A DNA stretch of 54,751 nt from a virus (IMGVR_UViG_2579779067_000001), one strand, 5' to 3'; shown: positions 29,561 to 40,275, numbered from the stretch's first letter. The notes: generated by a model from the letters alone, not told the origin. Translations and numbers: made by a program.

Positions 29561-29701
29561 CGGCTGAATACCTCACTGATCGCTTCTTTGACTGCGCCAG
29601 CTACTGGCGCATTAATCCTTTCGAATTGCTGAATATGTCGATCAGTGAAATTCCCTTACTGGTCAGTCAGGCAAACAGGATAGAGCAGGAGAAACGCACA
29701 C

Positions 29702-31534
29702 ATGGCTGAATTTGAGCTTAAGGCGTTGATCACCGGTGTCGACAGGCTTTCTCCCGCGCTGTCGAAAATGCAAAAGAAAATCCGGGGATTTAAACGCCAG
29801 GCGGAAGAAGCGTCACAGGGTGGGCTGGCGCTTGGTGGCGGACTGGCAGCGGGTCTGACGCTTTCCCTGAAATCTTATGCCGATCAGGAAAACGCCGCCA
29901 CCGGGCTGAAAGTCGCCATGATGGATGCGAACGGCGAGGTTGGAAAGAGCTTTCAGGACATCAATAAACTGGCTATTGGCCTGGGTAACCAGCTACCCGG
30001 TACAACGGCTGATTTCCAGAACATGATGCAGATGCTGGTGCGTCAGGGGATCCCGGCAGAAAACATTCTTGGCGGTGTGGGTAAAGCGACAGCTTATCTT
30101 GCGGTACAACTGAAAAAAACACCGGAAGCGGCTGCCGAGTTTGCCGCAAAGATGCAGGATGCTACCGGAACGGCGTCAGAAGACATGATGGGGCTGTTCG
30201 ACACTATCCAGAAGGCGTTTTATCTGGGCGTTGACGATACCAACATGTTGTCCTTCTTCACTAAAACCAGCTCTGTTCTGAAGATGGTGAACAAGGACGG
30301 TCTTCAGGCTGCACAGAGCCTTGCCCCCATCAGCGTCATGATGGATCAGATGGGGATGAACGGGGAGTCGGCAGGTAACGCCCTGCGAAAAGTTATCCAG
30401 TCCGGATTAAGCGTTAAGAAAATCAGGGACGTCAATAAAATCATGGCCCGCCAGAAACTCGGGGTACAGCTCGATTTTACTGACGGCAAAGGGAGTTTTG
30501 GCGGTCTTGATAACATGTTCAGGCAACTGGCAAAGCTGCGACAACTGACCGACGTTAAACGAACTGGTGTACTTAAGGCAATATTTGGTGATGATGCCGA
30601 AACCCTTCAGGTGGTCAATGCACTAATCGATAAAGGAAAGGATGGCTACGATCAGATCCAGCAGAAGATGAATAAACAGGCCAGCCTGAATAAACGTGTT
30701 CAGGCACAGCTTGGTACGCTGTCCAACCTGTGGGAGGCAATGACAGGGACCGCAACTAACGGCCTTGCGGCTATTGGCGGTGCATTTTCTGGTGACGCTA
30801 AAAATATCACGCAATGGCTGGGGGAGTTGGGGGAGAAATTCACGAAGTTTGCGGATGAAAATCCCCGGGTTATTCGCGGCGTCGTCGGGCTTGCTGCCGG
30901 TCTTGCGATTCTGAAACTGGGATTGATGGGCGTTGGCGGTGCCATCAGTATTGTCAGCAGGATCATGTCGATGACGCCGATTGGCATGATTGCGACGGCG
31001 ATAGCCCTGGCTGCGGGATTAATTATCACTAACTGGGATGTTGTCGGACCTTATTTTAAGAAACTCTGGGAAACCATTGGTCCTTATTTTGAGGCTGGCT
31101 GGGAACTCCTTAAGAAAGTTTTTGCCTGGTCGCCGCTGGGGATGGTGATCAATAACTGGGGGCCGGTTGTTAAGTGGTTTCAGGATATGTGGGACAAGCT
31201 GAAGCCAATTATTGAGTGGTTTACCGACAGTTCCGGTGACACGGTCGATGCCATTAACTCTGCGCAGTGGGGCGCGGGTGCTTATGATGCTTATGGGACG
31301 GGAATACCGGCGCGGGGATACACACCTTATCCGGCGGTGGATCTGGCTCAGTCAAACAACGCCTCCGATGCCACAGCCCCGAATCCCTTCATGATTAACA
31401 AAGCTTCTGCGCCAAAAGTTGATGGTGAGATCAAGGTCTCTTTTGTGAATTCGCCTCCGGGTATGCGGGTTATGGAAACACGTTCTAGTGACATTGATAT
31501 TAATCACGATGTTGGGTACACCAGATTTAGGTAA
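29702..31534 (+). CDS. tail tape measure protein
   Basis: 610 aa; Ala/Gly-rich with hydrophobic segments; follows chaperone. Confidence 0.85.
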   Translation: MAEFELKALITGVDRLSPALSKMQKKIRGFKRQAEEASQGGLALGGGLAAGLTLSLKSYADQENAATGLKVAMMDANGEVGKSFQDINKLAIGLGNQLPGTTADFQNMMQMLVRQGIPAENILGGVGKATAYLAVQLKKTPEAAAEFAAKMQDATGTASEDMMGLFDTIQKAFYLGVDDTNMLSFFTKTSSVLKMVNKDGLQAAQSLAPISVMMDQMGMNGESAGNALRKVIQSGLSVKKIRDVNKIMARQKLGVQLDFTDGKGSFGGLDNMFRQLAKLRQLTDVKRTGVLKAIFGDDAETLQVVNALIDKGKDGYDQIQQKMNKQASLNKRVQAQLGTLSNLWEAMTGTATNGLAAIGGAFSGDAKNITQWLGELGEKFTKFADENPRVIRGVVGLAAGLAILKLGLMGVGGAISIVSRIMSMTPIGMIATAIALAAGLIITNWDVVGPYFKKLWETIGPYFEAGWELLKKVFAWSPLGMVINNWGPVVKWFQDMWDKLKPIIEWFTDSSGDTVDAINSAQWGAGAYDAYGTGIPARGYTPYPAVDLAQSNNASDATAPNPFMINKASAPKVDGEIKVSFVNSPPGMRVMETRSSDIDINHDVGYTRFR

Positions 31535-31543
31535 AGACGAACA

Positions 31544-31561
31544 GGGAGGGCCGCCCCTCCC
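31544..31561. terminator. bidirectional hairpin between tape measure gene and antisense moron
   Basis: GGGAGGG-CCGC-CCCTCCC. Confidence 0.55.
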
Positions 31562-31566
31562 TGAAC

Positions 31567-31971
31567 TTACTGTGCGAACACGCAATTTCGGCCTGATGGG
31601 GAGCCGACAATTCTGGACATTTTTTCGCAAATAACAGTTACCTGTTCTCCTTTTTTAAGAGCAGCAGCTGTTGATTTTTCAGAGTCTTGCATCTCCATTC
31701 TTGCTGGCATGAATTCATTTTCAGTTCTGAATTTAATAATTATAGAGTCAGTAAAGTCCTTATCAATGGATTGTACGATACCTCTAACGGCGATTAATTT
31801 ACCTTTTAACTGTTCATCGGTAGCGACTTCATTTTCTTCATACTCTTTAAACAGCTGTCGAGCAGTAGTGTTGTAGATTTCTTTTTGCGGTGCCGCAGCT
31901 TCCGTATCGGATGAGTATGAAGAATTAGAGCCTTTATCGTTATTGCCTGCAAAATATCCAATAATCACCAA
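31567..31971 (-). CDS. antisense moron: putative secreted/membrane-anchored protein
   Basis: 134-aa track ORF (TTG start); frame stays open upstream to give KKLLKWILYIFIGLVIIGYFAG signal-anchor; AAGGTG SD 5 nt before an ATA codon at 32013-32011; AT-rich. Confidence 0.5.
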   Translation of the reverse strand: MVIIGYFAGNNDKGSNSSYSSDTEAAAPQKEIYNTTARQLFKEYEENEVATDEQLKGKLIAVRGIVQSIDKDFTDSIIIKFRTENEFMPARMEMQDSEKSTAAALKKGEQVTVICEKMSRIVGSPSGRNCVFAQ

Positions 31972-32123
31972 CCCGATGAAAATATATAAAATCCATTTTA
32001 ATAATTTCTTTATGTTATCACCTTAATGCTAATAATTTATATAGTTACAAATGGTAATGGCTACCACTACAAATTATGGCATTACCAGTAAATATTACTA
32101 CTGATAATAAATATGGGACTTAT

Positions 32124-33452
32124 ATGACGTGGAAAGACAGACTTCAGGATGCGTCATTTCGCGGCGTGCCGTTTAAGGTTGAAGAAGAAAGTGCGGGAAC
32201 CGGTCGTCGTGTGGAAACACATGAATACCCGAACCGCGACAAACCCTATACCGAAGACCTGGGGAAAATCACTTTCCGCCCGTCCATCACGGCTTATGTG
32301 GTGGGAGATGACTGCTTTGACCAGCGTGATCTCCTGATTGAAGCGCTGAATAAACCAGGTCCCGGCACGCTTGTCCACCCGACATACGGTGAGGTGAAAG
32401 TCTGTGTTGACGGGGAAGTCCGGGTCAGCACATCGAAGAGTGAAGGGCGTATTGTCCGCTTTGACCTGAAGTTTGTCGAAGCGGGAGAACTCTCTTACCC
32501 CACATCAGGCGTGGCGACGGCGCAGACGCTGATGTCATCCTGTTCTGCACTGGATGACTGCATCAGTGACAGCTTCAGCGGTTTCAGTATCGATGGCGTG
32601 GCGGATTTTGTGCAGAACGACGTTATCGGTAATGCCAGCACAATGCTTGGGTATGTTTCTGATGCGATGAAAGTGGTGGATTCTGCTGTATCGGATGCCG
32701 CCAGGCTGTTGCAGGGGGATATCTCGGTACTTCTGCCGCCGCCATCGTCAGGAAAAAATTTCGTTGAGCAGGTGCAGAAAATGTGGCGTACCGGTAAACG
32801 CCTTTATGGTAACGCCAGCGACCTGGTCACCATGATCAAAATGCTTTCTGGTGTCAGCCTCGGCAGCGATTTGCAACCGCGCGGCGTCTGGAAAACGGAC
32901 AGTAAAACCACCGCCACAGCGACGCAGCAGCGTAACGTGGTTGCCAGCACTCTTCGTACGACTGCAATCAGCGAAGCAGCGTATGCCGTCACACGATTGC
33001 CTGCGCCAACAACTCCCGCGGTGATGCAGAATGCCGCAGTGGGGCAGTCAACAACACCCGCGCAGAGCACCGGCTGGCCTTCCGTCACGCATCCGGCACT
33101 GAACAATGCACCTGCGGTGAAAAACACAGTTGACCTGCCAACGTGGGAAGAACTGACCGACATTCGCGACACACTGAATACGGCAATTGATAAGGAGTTG
33201 TCCCGTACAACCAGTGATGCGCTGTTTCTGGCGCTGCGCCGGGTGAAAGCAGATCTGAATGCGGATATCAACACGCGCCTTGAACAGTCTGCGCGGATCA
33301 TTCAGCGCACGCCGGATGAGGTTTTACCCGCGCTGGTGCTGGCGGCGACCTGGTTTGATAACGCGGCGCGTGACGTGGACCTTATCCGGCGTAATGCTAT
33401 TACGCATCCCGGCTTTGTGCCGGTGATCCCTCTGAAGGTGCCAGTGCAATGA
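32124..33452 (+). CDS. DNA circulation protein (Mu gp43-like)
   Basis: internal ATG at 32124 (MTWKDRLQDASFRGVPF...). Confidence 0.7.
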   Translation: MTWKDRLQDASFRGVPFKVEEESAGTGRRVETHEYPNRDKPYTEDLGKITFRPSITAYVVGDDCFDQRDLLIEALNKPGPGTLVHPTYGEVKVCVDGEVRVSTSKSEGRIVRFDLKFVEAGELSYPTSGVATAQTLMSSCSALDDCISDSFSGFSIDGVADFVQNDVIGNASTMLGYVSDAMKVVDSAVSDAARLLQGDISVLLPPPSSGKNFVEQVQKMWRTGKRLYGNASDLVTMIKMLSGVSLGSDLQPRGVWKTDSKTTATATQQRNVVASTLRTTAISEAAYAVTRLPAPTTPAVMQNAAVGQSTTPAQSTGWPSVTHPALNNAPAVKNTVDLPTWEELTDIRDTLNTAIDKELSRTTSDALFLALRRVKADLNADINTRLEQSARIIQRTPDEVLPALVLAATWFDNAARDVDLIRRNAITHPGFVPVIPLKVPVQ

Positions 33453-34528
33453 ACGACAATGTCACGCTACGGGTAAATGGCCGGGAGTGGAATGGCTGGA
33501 CATCGGTGCGCATCGGTGCCGGTATTGAACGGCTGGCACGGGATTTCAGTATGGAGATCACCCGCCAGTGGCCGGGAGATGAGGGTATCACCACGCTTCA
33601 GCCGCGTATTAAAAACGGTTCAAAAGTGGAAGTTCTGATTGGTGATGAGCTGGTGATCACCGGCTGGGTGGAGGCGACGCCCGTTCGTTACGATGCCCGT
33701 TCGGTCAGCACCGGTATTGCCGGACGCAGTCTGACCGCTGACCTGATTGACTGTGCAGCCGAACCGACACAGTTTAACGGACGATCGCTGGTACAGATTG
33801 CGCAGGCGCTTGCTGCGCCTTTCGGCATTGAGGTGGTGAACAACGGTGCGCCGTCGGGTGTTATTCCGGATGTCCAGCCTGATCACGGCGAAACGGTGAT
33901 CGAGGTGATCAACAAAATACTCGGTCAGCAGCAGGCACTGGCTTACGACGACCCGCACGGCAGGCTGGTGATTGGCGGTATTGGCTCAACGCGGGCACAT
34001 ACCGCGCTGGTACTTGGGGAAAACATCCTTTCCTGTGATACGGAGAAGAGTATCCGGGAGCGGTTTTCAGTTTACCAGGTGGCGGGGCAGCGTGCCGGAA
34101 ATGACGATGATTTCGGTGAGGCCACCACCACCGCGCTGCGGGCCCGCACAGAAGACGCATTTATTGCCCGTTACCGTCCGATGTATATCAGGCAGACAGG
34201 GCAGGCTACGGGGGCAGGCTGTATTGCCCGTGCGGACTTTGAAGCCCGGCAACGGGCGGCGCGGACGGATGAAACCACCTATGTGGTGCAGGGCTGGCGA
34301 CAGGGTAACGGTACGCTGTGGCAGCCCAACCAGCGGGTGATTGTCTTCGATCCGGTCTGTGGTTTCGACAATACCGAACTGCTTGTCTCGGAAGTCACGT
34401 TTACTCAGGACCAGAACGGCACCCTGACGGAAATCCGTGTCGGCCCACCTGATGCTTATCTGCCTGAACCCGAAGCCCCCGGCGCGCGGAAAAAGAAAAA
34501 AGCCAGAGTACAGGAGGACCCGTTCTGA
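33449..34528 (+). CDS. baseplate hub protein (Mu gp44/P-like)
   Basis: 359 aa; position in Mu-like tail order. Confidence 0.7.
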   Translation: MNDNVTLRVNGREWNGWTSVRIGAGIERLARDFSMEITRQWPGDEGITTLQPRIKNGSKVEVLIGDELVITGWVEATPVRYDARSVSTGIAGRSLTADLIDCAAEPTQFNGRSLVQIAQALAAPFGIEVVNNGAPSGVIPDVQPDHGETVIEVINKILGQQQALAYDDPHGRLVIGGIGSTRAHTALVLGENILSCDTEKSIRERFSVYQVAGQRAGNDDDFGEATTTALRARTEDAFIARYRPMYIRQTGQATGAGCIARADFEARQRAARTDETTYVVQGWRQGNGTLWQPNQRVIVFDPVCGFDNTELLVSEVTFTQDQNGTLTEIRVGPPDAYLPEPEAPGARKKKKARVQEDPF

Positions 34529-35076
34529 TGAGGACGATTGAAGCCATGCAGCGACAACTCCTCGGCCTGATTGGGCGGGCCGTGGTGAAAAGCATCAGTG
34601 CCGCCACGAAATGTCAGACCGTGGATGTGTCCCTGATTGCCGGTGAACCCAAAGCCGGGGTTGAACATCTTGAACCCTACGGTTTTACCGCAAGGGCAAA
34701 CAGCGGTGCGGAAGCGGTGGTGTTGTTTCCGGATGGCGATCGTTCTCATGCGGTGGTTGTTACGGTGTCGGACCGGCGCTACCGCCTGAAAGGGCTGCAG
34801 ACGGGTGAGGTGGCTGTCTATGACGATCAGGGGCAGTCCGTGACGCTGACCCGGGAGGGGATCGTGGTGGACGGTGCAGGTAAAACGATCACGTTTCGCA
34901 ATGCACCTGAAGCACGTTTTGAAATGGACCTTGAAGTGACCGGACAGGTGAAAGACCTGTGCGACTCCGGCGGCACCACCATGTCAGCGATGCGGCTTGC
35001 CTATAACGGGCATCGTCACAGAGAGAACGGTCAGGGCAGTAACACCGACAAACCTGATAAAGCGATGGAGGCATGA
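34528..35076 (+). CDS. baseplate spike / assembly protein V (Mu gp45-like)
   Basis: 182 aa; position. Confidence 0.7.
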   Translation: MRTIEAMQRQLLGLIGRAVVKSISAATKCQTVDVSLIAGEPKAGVEHLEPYGFTARANSGAEAVVLFPDGDRSHAVVVTVSDRRYRLKGLQTGEVAVYDDQGQSVTLTREGIVVDGAGKTITFRNAPEARFEMDLEVTGQVKDLCDSGGTTMSAMRLAYNGHRHRENGQGSNTDKPDKAMEA

Positions 35077-35501
35077 TGGAACTGTGGCTGACGGTGAACG
35101 GTAAACGCACCTGCGCCAGCGCACCGCTGGATCCGCTGACCCGCGCCGTGGTGATTTCCCTGTTTACCTGGCGGCGGGCGGAGCCTGATGACAATGCCGA
35201 CGTCCCGATGGGATGGTGGGGGGATACCTGGCCTACGGTACAGAATGACCGTTACGGCTCCCGACTGTGGCTGCTTCAGCGCAGCAAACTGACCAATCAA
35301 CTGGTGCAGGCGGTAAGGGGGTATATCCGCGAATGCCTGCAATGGATGATTGATGACGGCGTGGTGTCCCGCATTGATCTGGATATCCGCCGCACCGGGA
35401 TTAATGAACTGGGTAACAGTATCACTCTCTGGCGTCGTGACGGACCGGTAATGATTTCTTTTGATGATCTGTGGAGTGCGATAACGCATGGCGGACAGTG
35501 A
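35073..35501 (+). CDS. baseplate protein (Mu gp46 family)
   Basis: 142 aa; position. Confidence 0.7.
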   Translation: MMELWLTVNGKRTCASAPLDPLTRAVVISLFTWRRAEPDDNADVPMGWWGDTWPTVQNDRYGSRLWLLQRSKLTNQLVQAVRGYIRECLQWMIDDGVVSRIDLDIRRTGINELGNSITLWRRDGPVMISFDDLWSAITHGGQ

Positions 35502-36546
35502 ATTTCAGCGCCCGACGCTGGCAGAAAATATCAGTATGCTCCGTAACGATTTATTCGCCAGGCTGGACGTCAGCGACACGCTCCGGCGCATGGATGAAGA
35601 CGTGCGGGCAAAGGTGTATGCGGCGGCGCTGCATACGGTTTACGGGTACATCGATTATCTGGCAATGAACATGCTGCCTGACCTGTGCGATGAGTTCTGG
35701 CTGGCGCGACATGCTGCGATGAAACGGTGTCCGCGCAAGGGAGCCACGGTTGCCAGCGGGTATATGCGCTGGGAAGGTGTCAGCGATGGCCTGAAGGTGA
35801 CTGCCGGGAGTGTTATTCAGCGCGATGACCTGGTGCAGTACACGACAACTGACGATGCAATCAGCTCCGGTGGTGTCCTGCGCGTGCCGATCGCCTGCTC
35901 AAGTGCAGGTGCGGTCGGTAACGCTGACGACGGTACGGCATTAATCCTGGTCACGCCGGTGAATGGTCTGCCGTCTTCCGGTGTGGCTGACACCCTGACA
36001 GGCGGATTTGATACTGAAGAGCTGGAAACTTGGCGCGCCCGCGTCATTGAGCGGTATTACTGGACGCCGCAGGGCGGGGCTGACGGGGACTATGTCGTCT
36101 GGGCTAAAGAAGTGCCTGGCATTACCCGCGCATGGACATACCGACACTGGATGGGAACGGGGACTGTCGGTGTGATGATTGCCAGCAGTGACCTGATTAA
36201 TCCCATTCCGGAAGAATCAACGGAAACGGCGGCAAGACAACATATCGGGCCACTGGCCCCGGTGGCAGGCTCTGATTTGTATGTGTTCAGGCCGGTGGCA
36301 CATACGGTGGATTTTCATATCCGTGTGACGCCGGACACACCGGAAATACGGGCTGCCATCACCGCGGAGTTGCGTTCGTTCCTGCTGCGTGATGGTTATC
36401 CGCAGGGAGAACTGAAGGTGTCACGTATCAGTGAAGCGATTTCCGGTGCGAACGGGGAATACAGCCATCAGTTGCTTGCACCGGCGGACAATATCACCAT
36501 TGCGAAAAATGAACTGGCGGTTCTGGGGGCGATTTCATGGACGTGA
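35488..36546 (+). CDS. baseplate J-like protein (Mu gp47-like)
   Basis: 352 aa; position. Confidence 0.75.
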   Translation: MADSEFQRPTLAENISMLRNDLFARLDVSDTLRRMDEDVRAKVYAAALHTVYGYIDYLAMNMLPDLCDEFWLARHAAMKRCPRKGATVASGYMRWEGVSDGLKVTAGSVIQRDDLVQYTTTDDAISSGGVLRVPIACSSAGAVGNADDGTALILVTPVNGLPSSGVADTLTGGFDTEELETWRARVIERYYWTPQGGADGDYVVWAKEVPGITRAWTYRHWMGTGTVGVMIASSDLINPIPEESTETAARQHIGPLAPVAGSDLYVFRPVAHTVDFHIRVTPDTPEIRAAITAELRSFLLRDGYPQGELKVSRISEAISGANGEYSHQLLAPADNITIAKNELAVLGAISWT

Positions 36547-37121
36547 CAAACGATGATTACATCCGTCTGTTGTCAGCACTGTTGCCGCCCGGTCCGGCGT
36601 GGTCAGCCAGCGATCCGGCGATTGCCGGTGCGGCACCGTCATTAACCCGCGTTCATCAGCGTGCGGATGCCCTGATGCGGGAGCTGGATCCGCGCACCAC
36701 CACCGAACTGATAAATCGCTGGGAGCGTCTGTGCGGCCTGCCGGATGAATGTATTCCCGCAGGGACACAGACCCTTCGCCAGCGTCAGCAACGACTGGAT
36801 GCGAAGGTTAACCTGGCGGGCGGCATCAATGAGGATTTTTACCTTGCACAGCTTGCTGCCCTGGGCAGACCAGACGCTACCATCACGCGATACGACAAAA
36901 GCACGTTCACCTGCTCATCTGCCTGTACTGACGCGGTGAATGCGTCGGAATGGCGGTATTACTGGCGGGTCAACATGCCAGCCGCCACCAACACCACCTG
37001 GATGACATGTGGCGATCCCTGTGATTCCGCACTGCGTATCTGGGGGGACACCGTTGTCGAGTGCGTGCTTAACAAACTCTGCCCGTCGCATACCTACGTA
37101 ATTTTTAAATATCCGGAGTAA
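36537..37121 (+). CDS. tail protein (Mu gp48 / YmfQ-like, DUF2313)
   Basis: 194 aa; position before tail fiber. Confidence 0.7.
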   Translation: MDVTNDDYIRLLSALLPPGPAWSASDPAIAGAAPSLTRVHQRADALMRELDPRTTTELINRWERLCGLPDECIPAGTQTLRQRQQRLDAKVNLAGGINEDFYLAQLAALGRPDATITRYDKSTFTCSSACTDAVNASEWRYYWRVNMPAATNTTWMTCGDPCDSALRIWGDTVVECVLNKLCPSHTYVIFKYPE

Positions 37122-37124
37122 TTC

Positions 37125-38051
37125 ATGCATCGTATAGACACGAAAACCGCGCAGAAGGATAAGTTCGGCGCGGGTAAGAACGGTTTTACCCGTGGTAACC
37201 CCCAGACCGGCACACCTGCCACCGATCTGGATGATGACTACTTTGACATGTTGCAGGAGGAACTTTGCAGTGTTGTGGAGGCATCCGGTGCCAGTCTGGA
37301 GAAGGGGCGGCACGATCAGTTGCTTACCGCACTTCGCGCGCTGCTGTTAAGCCGCAAGAATCCGTTTGGCGATATCAAATCGGACGGCACGGTGAAAACG
37401 GCTCTCGAAAACCTTGGTTTGGGAGATACAAGCGGATACGTGGGACGCTGGGTGAATACCCGGGTTTTCACGTCATCAGGTACGTACACCCCGACGCCAG
37501 GAACAAAACGGATCAGGGTCACAATAACGGGCGGCGGTGGCGGAGGGGGCGGCTGCAAGGCTATATCCAATAATGAAACGTTTTTCGGTGCTGGCGGCGG
37601 GGCAGGTGGGACAGTAATCACCACGCTGATCCTGACGAAGGATAGTTATCCTGTCACTATCGGCGCAGGTGGGGCCGGCGGCGTTAGTGCGACGAACGGC
37701 CTCAAGGGCGGTGATAGCTCGTTCGGATCGGTAATAGCCCCTGGTGGTGAAGGTGGTGGAAAATCAGGAGTCACAAACACGAACGGTGGTAACGGCGGTG
37801 TGCCAAGTACTGGCGGTATCAACATCATTGGTGGAAATGGAGGCGACGGTCAGTCCGGAAATATCGGCGTCAGCGGTGAAGGCGGAACATCGTACTGGGG
37901 GGGCGGTGGACGCGCAGGCGCTGGCGGTGGTGTTAGTGGTAAGGCATATGGTTCAGGTGGCGGTGGCGCATACGATGCCGGCTATAGCGGAACCAGTATG
38001 ACAGGCGGGAAAGGTGCTGCTGGGATTTGTATTATCGAGGAGTTTGCATAA
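37125..38051 (+). CDS. tail fiber protein (glycine-rich repeats)
   Basis: 308 aa; poly-Gly and GGxGG repeats; followed by tail fiber assembly gene. Confidence 0.7.
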   Translation: MHRIDTKTAQKDKFGAGKNGFTRGNPQTGTPATDLDDDYFDMLQEELCSVVEASGASLEKGRHDQLLTALRALLLSRKNPFGDIKSDGTVKTALENLGLGDTSGYVGRWVNTRVFTSSGTYTPTPGTKRIRVTITGGGGGGGGCKAISNNETFFGAGGGAGGTVITTLILTKDSYPVTIGAGGAGGVSATNGLKGGDSSFGSVIAPGGEGGGKSGVTNTNGGNGGVPSTGGINIIGGNGGDGQSGNIGVSGEGGTSYWGGGGRAGAGGGVSGKAYGSGGGGAYDAGYSGTSMTGGKGAAGICIIEEFA

Positions 38052-38467
38052 TGAATGCGTCATATGCAGTTATTGAAAATGGGATGGTTGTGAATGTCAT
38101 TGTCTGGGATGGCGAGGCTGAATTCACAGTGCCGGATAATCAGCAGCTCATTGATATTTCTGATATCAGTGAGCATCCCGGAATCGGCTGGGGGTATTCA
38201 GACGGGGTATTTACTGCGCCGCTCCCTCCGGAACGTTCTCATGATGAACTGGTAGCTGACGCTGAACAGAAAAAACAGTCGCTGATAGACGCAGCAATGG
38301 CCAATATCAGCGTGATTCAGTTAAAGCTGCAGGCCGGGCGCAAACTGACGCAAGAAGAAACTACCAGACTTAACGTTGTGCTGGATTATATCGAGGCTGT
38401 GACGGCAACAGATACCAGCATTGCACCGGATATTGAGTGGCCGGATGAACCGTGCTTCGCTGAATAA
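38051..38467 (+). CDS. tail fiber assembly protein
   Basis: ATG at 38051 (TAATG overlap); [23 protein letters not shown] typical Tfa N-terminus. Confidence 0.75.
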   Translation: MNASYAVIENGMVVNVIVWDGEAEFTVPDNQQLIDISDISEHPGIGWGYSDGVFTAPLPPERSHDELVADAEQKKQSLIDAAMANISVIQLKLQAGRKLTQEETTRLNVVLDYIEAVTATDTSIAPDIEWPDEPCFAE

Positions 38468-38529
38468 AATCTGTTGAGGAGAAGCGGTTTAATTGTAACT
38501 CAATTCTTTTTGTGTAATAAAAGTAGGAT

Positions 38530-38572
38530 AAAACTGTGACACATAAAGCCTCGCAATGGTTTGCAAGGCTTT
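38530..38572. repeat. left copy of 43-bp imperfect direct repeat flanking cargo block
   Basis: AAAACTGTGACACATAAAGCCTCGCAATGGTTTGCAAGGCTTT; 3 mismatches to copy at 42483-42525. Confidence 0.7.
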
Positions 38573-38727
38573 GAACGCTTCTATATTGAGGATGTGACGC
38601 GGTTTCGTTTATTTCCATTCTATATATTGATGTCGATTTTTATGAATATAGAGCATACGGATAAACTGCAGTGTGATTAGAGTCAAAGTAATAGTTGTTG
38701 ACTCTAATCATTGCAAAGTGACTTTAC

Positions 38728-39795
38728 TTAATGAAATTTATCTCGGATGAATTGTTGCGATGGTTTTTCAATAAATATATATGACATATAGCTAATTGCC
38801 ATTAATGTAAGCATGAATAAAATGAATACCTTGGGGCTGTAAAAAAGATCGCGTCCATAGCCAATCTTGTCAGCTAAATAAACAACAATGATTTGCAAAG
38901 GAAAATGTAAAAGATAAGATGAATAACTGATATCGCCCAACCATTCAATTTTTTTTCCAAAATCGTTTCGTATTGCGCTAATTGATACAAGGAAAAAGAT
39001 TATGGAGGTAAATCCGAATAAGATAATTGAGAATATATCTGCTACTTGCAGGGTAAAGATAACTCCCCATGAGATCAATAGAAAAACACAAGCAAAAATA
39101 AAAAATAACTTTGCGCTAATATTTTTTATGGCCGCAATCGTAATTTTATAAGTCAGACCACCAATAAAGAAAGAGAATGCGCCGATCATTATGGGATTGT
39201 TAATTTTGAAAAAGTAGTACGACAATGCAACTATTAAAATTGATATGAATGTTGTTTTTGATGTGAACTTGCATAATATAAAAAATATCATGTACATAAG
39301 TACTTCAATCGACACGGACCATGTCGGGGCGTTGAAGGACCAACCTCGCTCAAATCCCCATGATTGAATCATCAATAAATTCAGAATGGCATGGTAAATG
39401 TCATTCATAGGATAAACAAAAAAATAATTATGACTTTTAAAGAAAATAATTTGTAATATTGCCACGGCAGCAAATGTAAATATATAAAGTGGATATAATC
39501 TACTGACACGGTTAACTATAAAAGTTTTTGCTGAGGTTTTATTGCTGTGTATATTGTCAGCGTATAGATAAAAAAATATGAATCCAGAAATCATAAAAAA
39601 CAATTCGACAGCATATAAACCGTAATGATAAAAGACGGAAAAAAATTCATAAAAAGGTTGGCGGTTTATGATTATGTCAGATGCAGCATTCTTTTTCATA
39701 AAAAAATGTTGCCAATGCCATAACACAACGGAAAGTGCGGCAAATCCTCTCAGAACATCCAGGGTATATATTCTCTTCCCAAAAACATTCGTCAC
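38728..39795 (-). CDS. acyltransferase family 3 membrane protein (O-antigen/LPS O-acetyltransferase-like)
   Basis: 355 aa; multi-TM; N-terminal LDVLRGFAALSVVLWHWQHFF signature; AT-rich; at prophage right end. Confidence 0.8.
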   Translation of the reverse strand: MTNVFGKRIYTLDVLRGFAALSVVLWHWQHFFMKKNAASDIIINRQPFYEFFSVFYHYGLYAVELFFMISGFIFFYLYADNIHSNKTSAKTFIVNRVSRLYPLYIFTFAAVAILQIIFFKSHNYFFVYPMNDIYHAILNLLMIQSWGFERGWSFNAPTWSVSIEVLMYMIFFILCKFTSKTTFISILIVALSYYFFKINNPIMIGAFSFFIGGLTYKITIAAIKNISAKLFFIFACVFLLISWGVIFTLQVADIFSIILFGFTSIIFFLVSISAIRNDFGKKIEWLGDISYSSYLLHFPLQIIVVYLADKIGYGRDLFYSPKVFILFMLTLMAISYMSYIFIEKPSQQFIRDKFH

Positions 39796-40266
39796 AACGA
39801 ACCTCTTTTAATAAAGTCAAGTGATAATGAAAGATAAATATTGTAAACGAAAAAGCACTGGACTGGAACATATATCTCTGCCTATAATTTAACCAGGATA
39901 ATTTTACTAACGCAGTCATAATTCGTTCATGTATACCAGATGAAAGTACATGTTCTATGAAATAGGGTTTTGCCTGGAGTTTGAAGGTTTTTAACGATTA
40001 TACCTGTTTAATCGACTCCCCATGTTTTTTGACATTATCCACCGCACACGATACTGGATGCCAGGCAAACTGATTTGCTGGCATAAAATCACTGAGAATT
40101 TTTTACCAACAATATCTTGCCACATCTTTTCCCGCACAGTTTCGGCAATAGAATCAGCGGGCAGCGGTCATCAATATTCATCAGACATTGATCTGCCGCA
40201 CTATCTGACCGATGTCCTGCTGAGAATACTAATTTCTTTTTTTGCAAGTGCTGTCCAATCATGATT

Positions 40267-40275
40267 GGGGGGGGG
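40267..40275. repeat. homopolymeric G9 tract
   Basis: nine consecutive G between GIY-YIG-like gene and acyltransferase gene. Confidence 0.8.

Noticed and set aside
32076-32123. Upstream start for the DNA circulation protein
   Set aside because: The AT-rich leader is unlikely to be coding; ATG at 32124 starts with the expected MTWKDRLQ N-terminus.
37316-37828. Minus-strand ORFs antisense to the glycine-rich tail fiber gene
   Set aside because: GGN codon repeats leave antisense frames open by chance; the Pro-rich products are an artefact.
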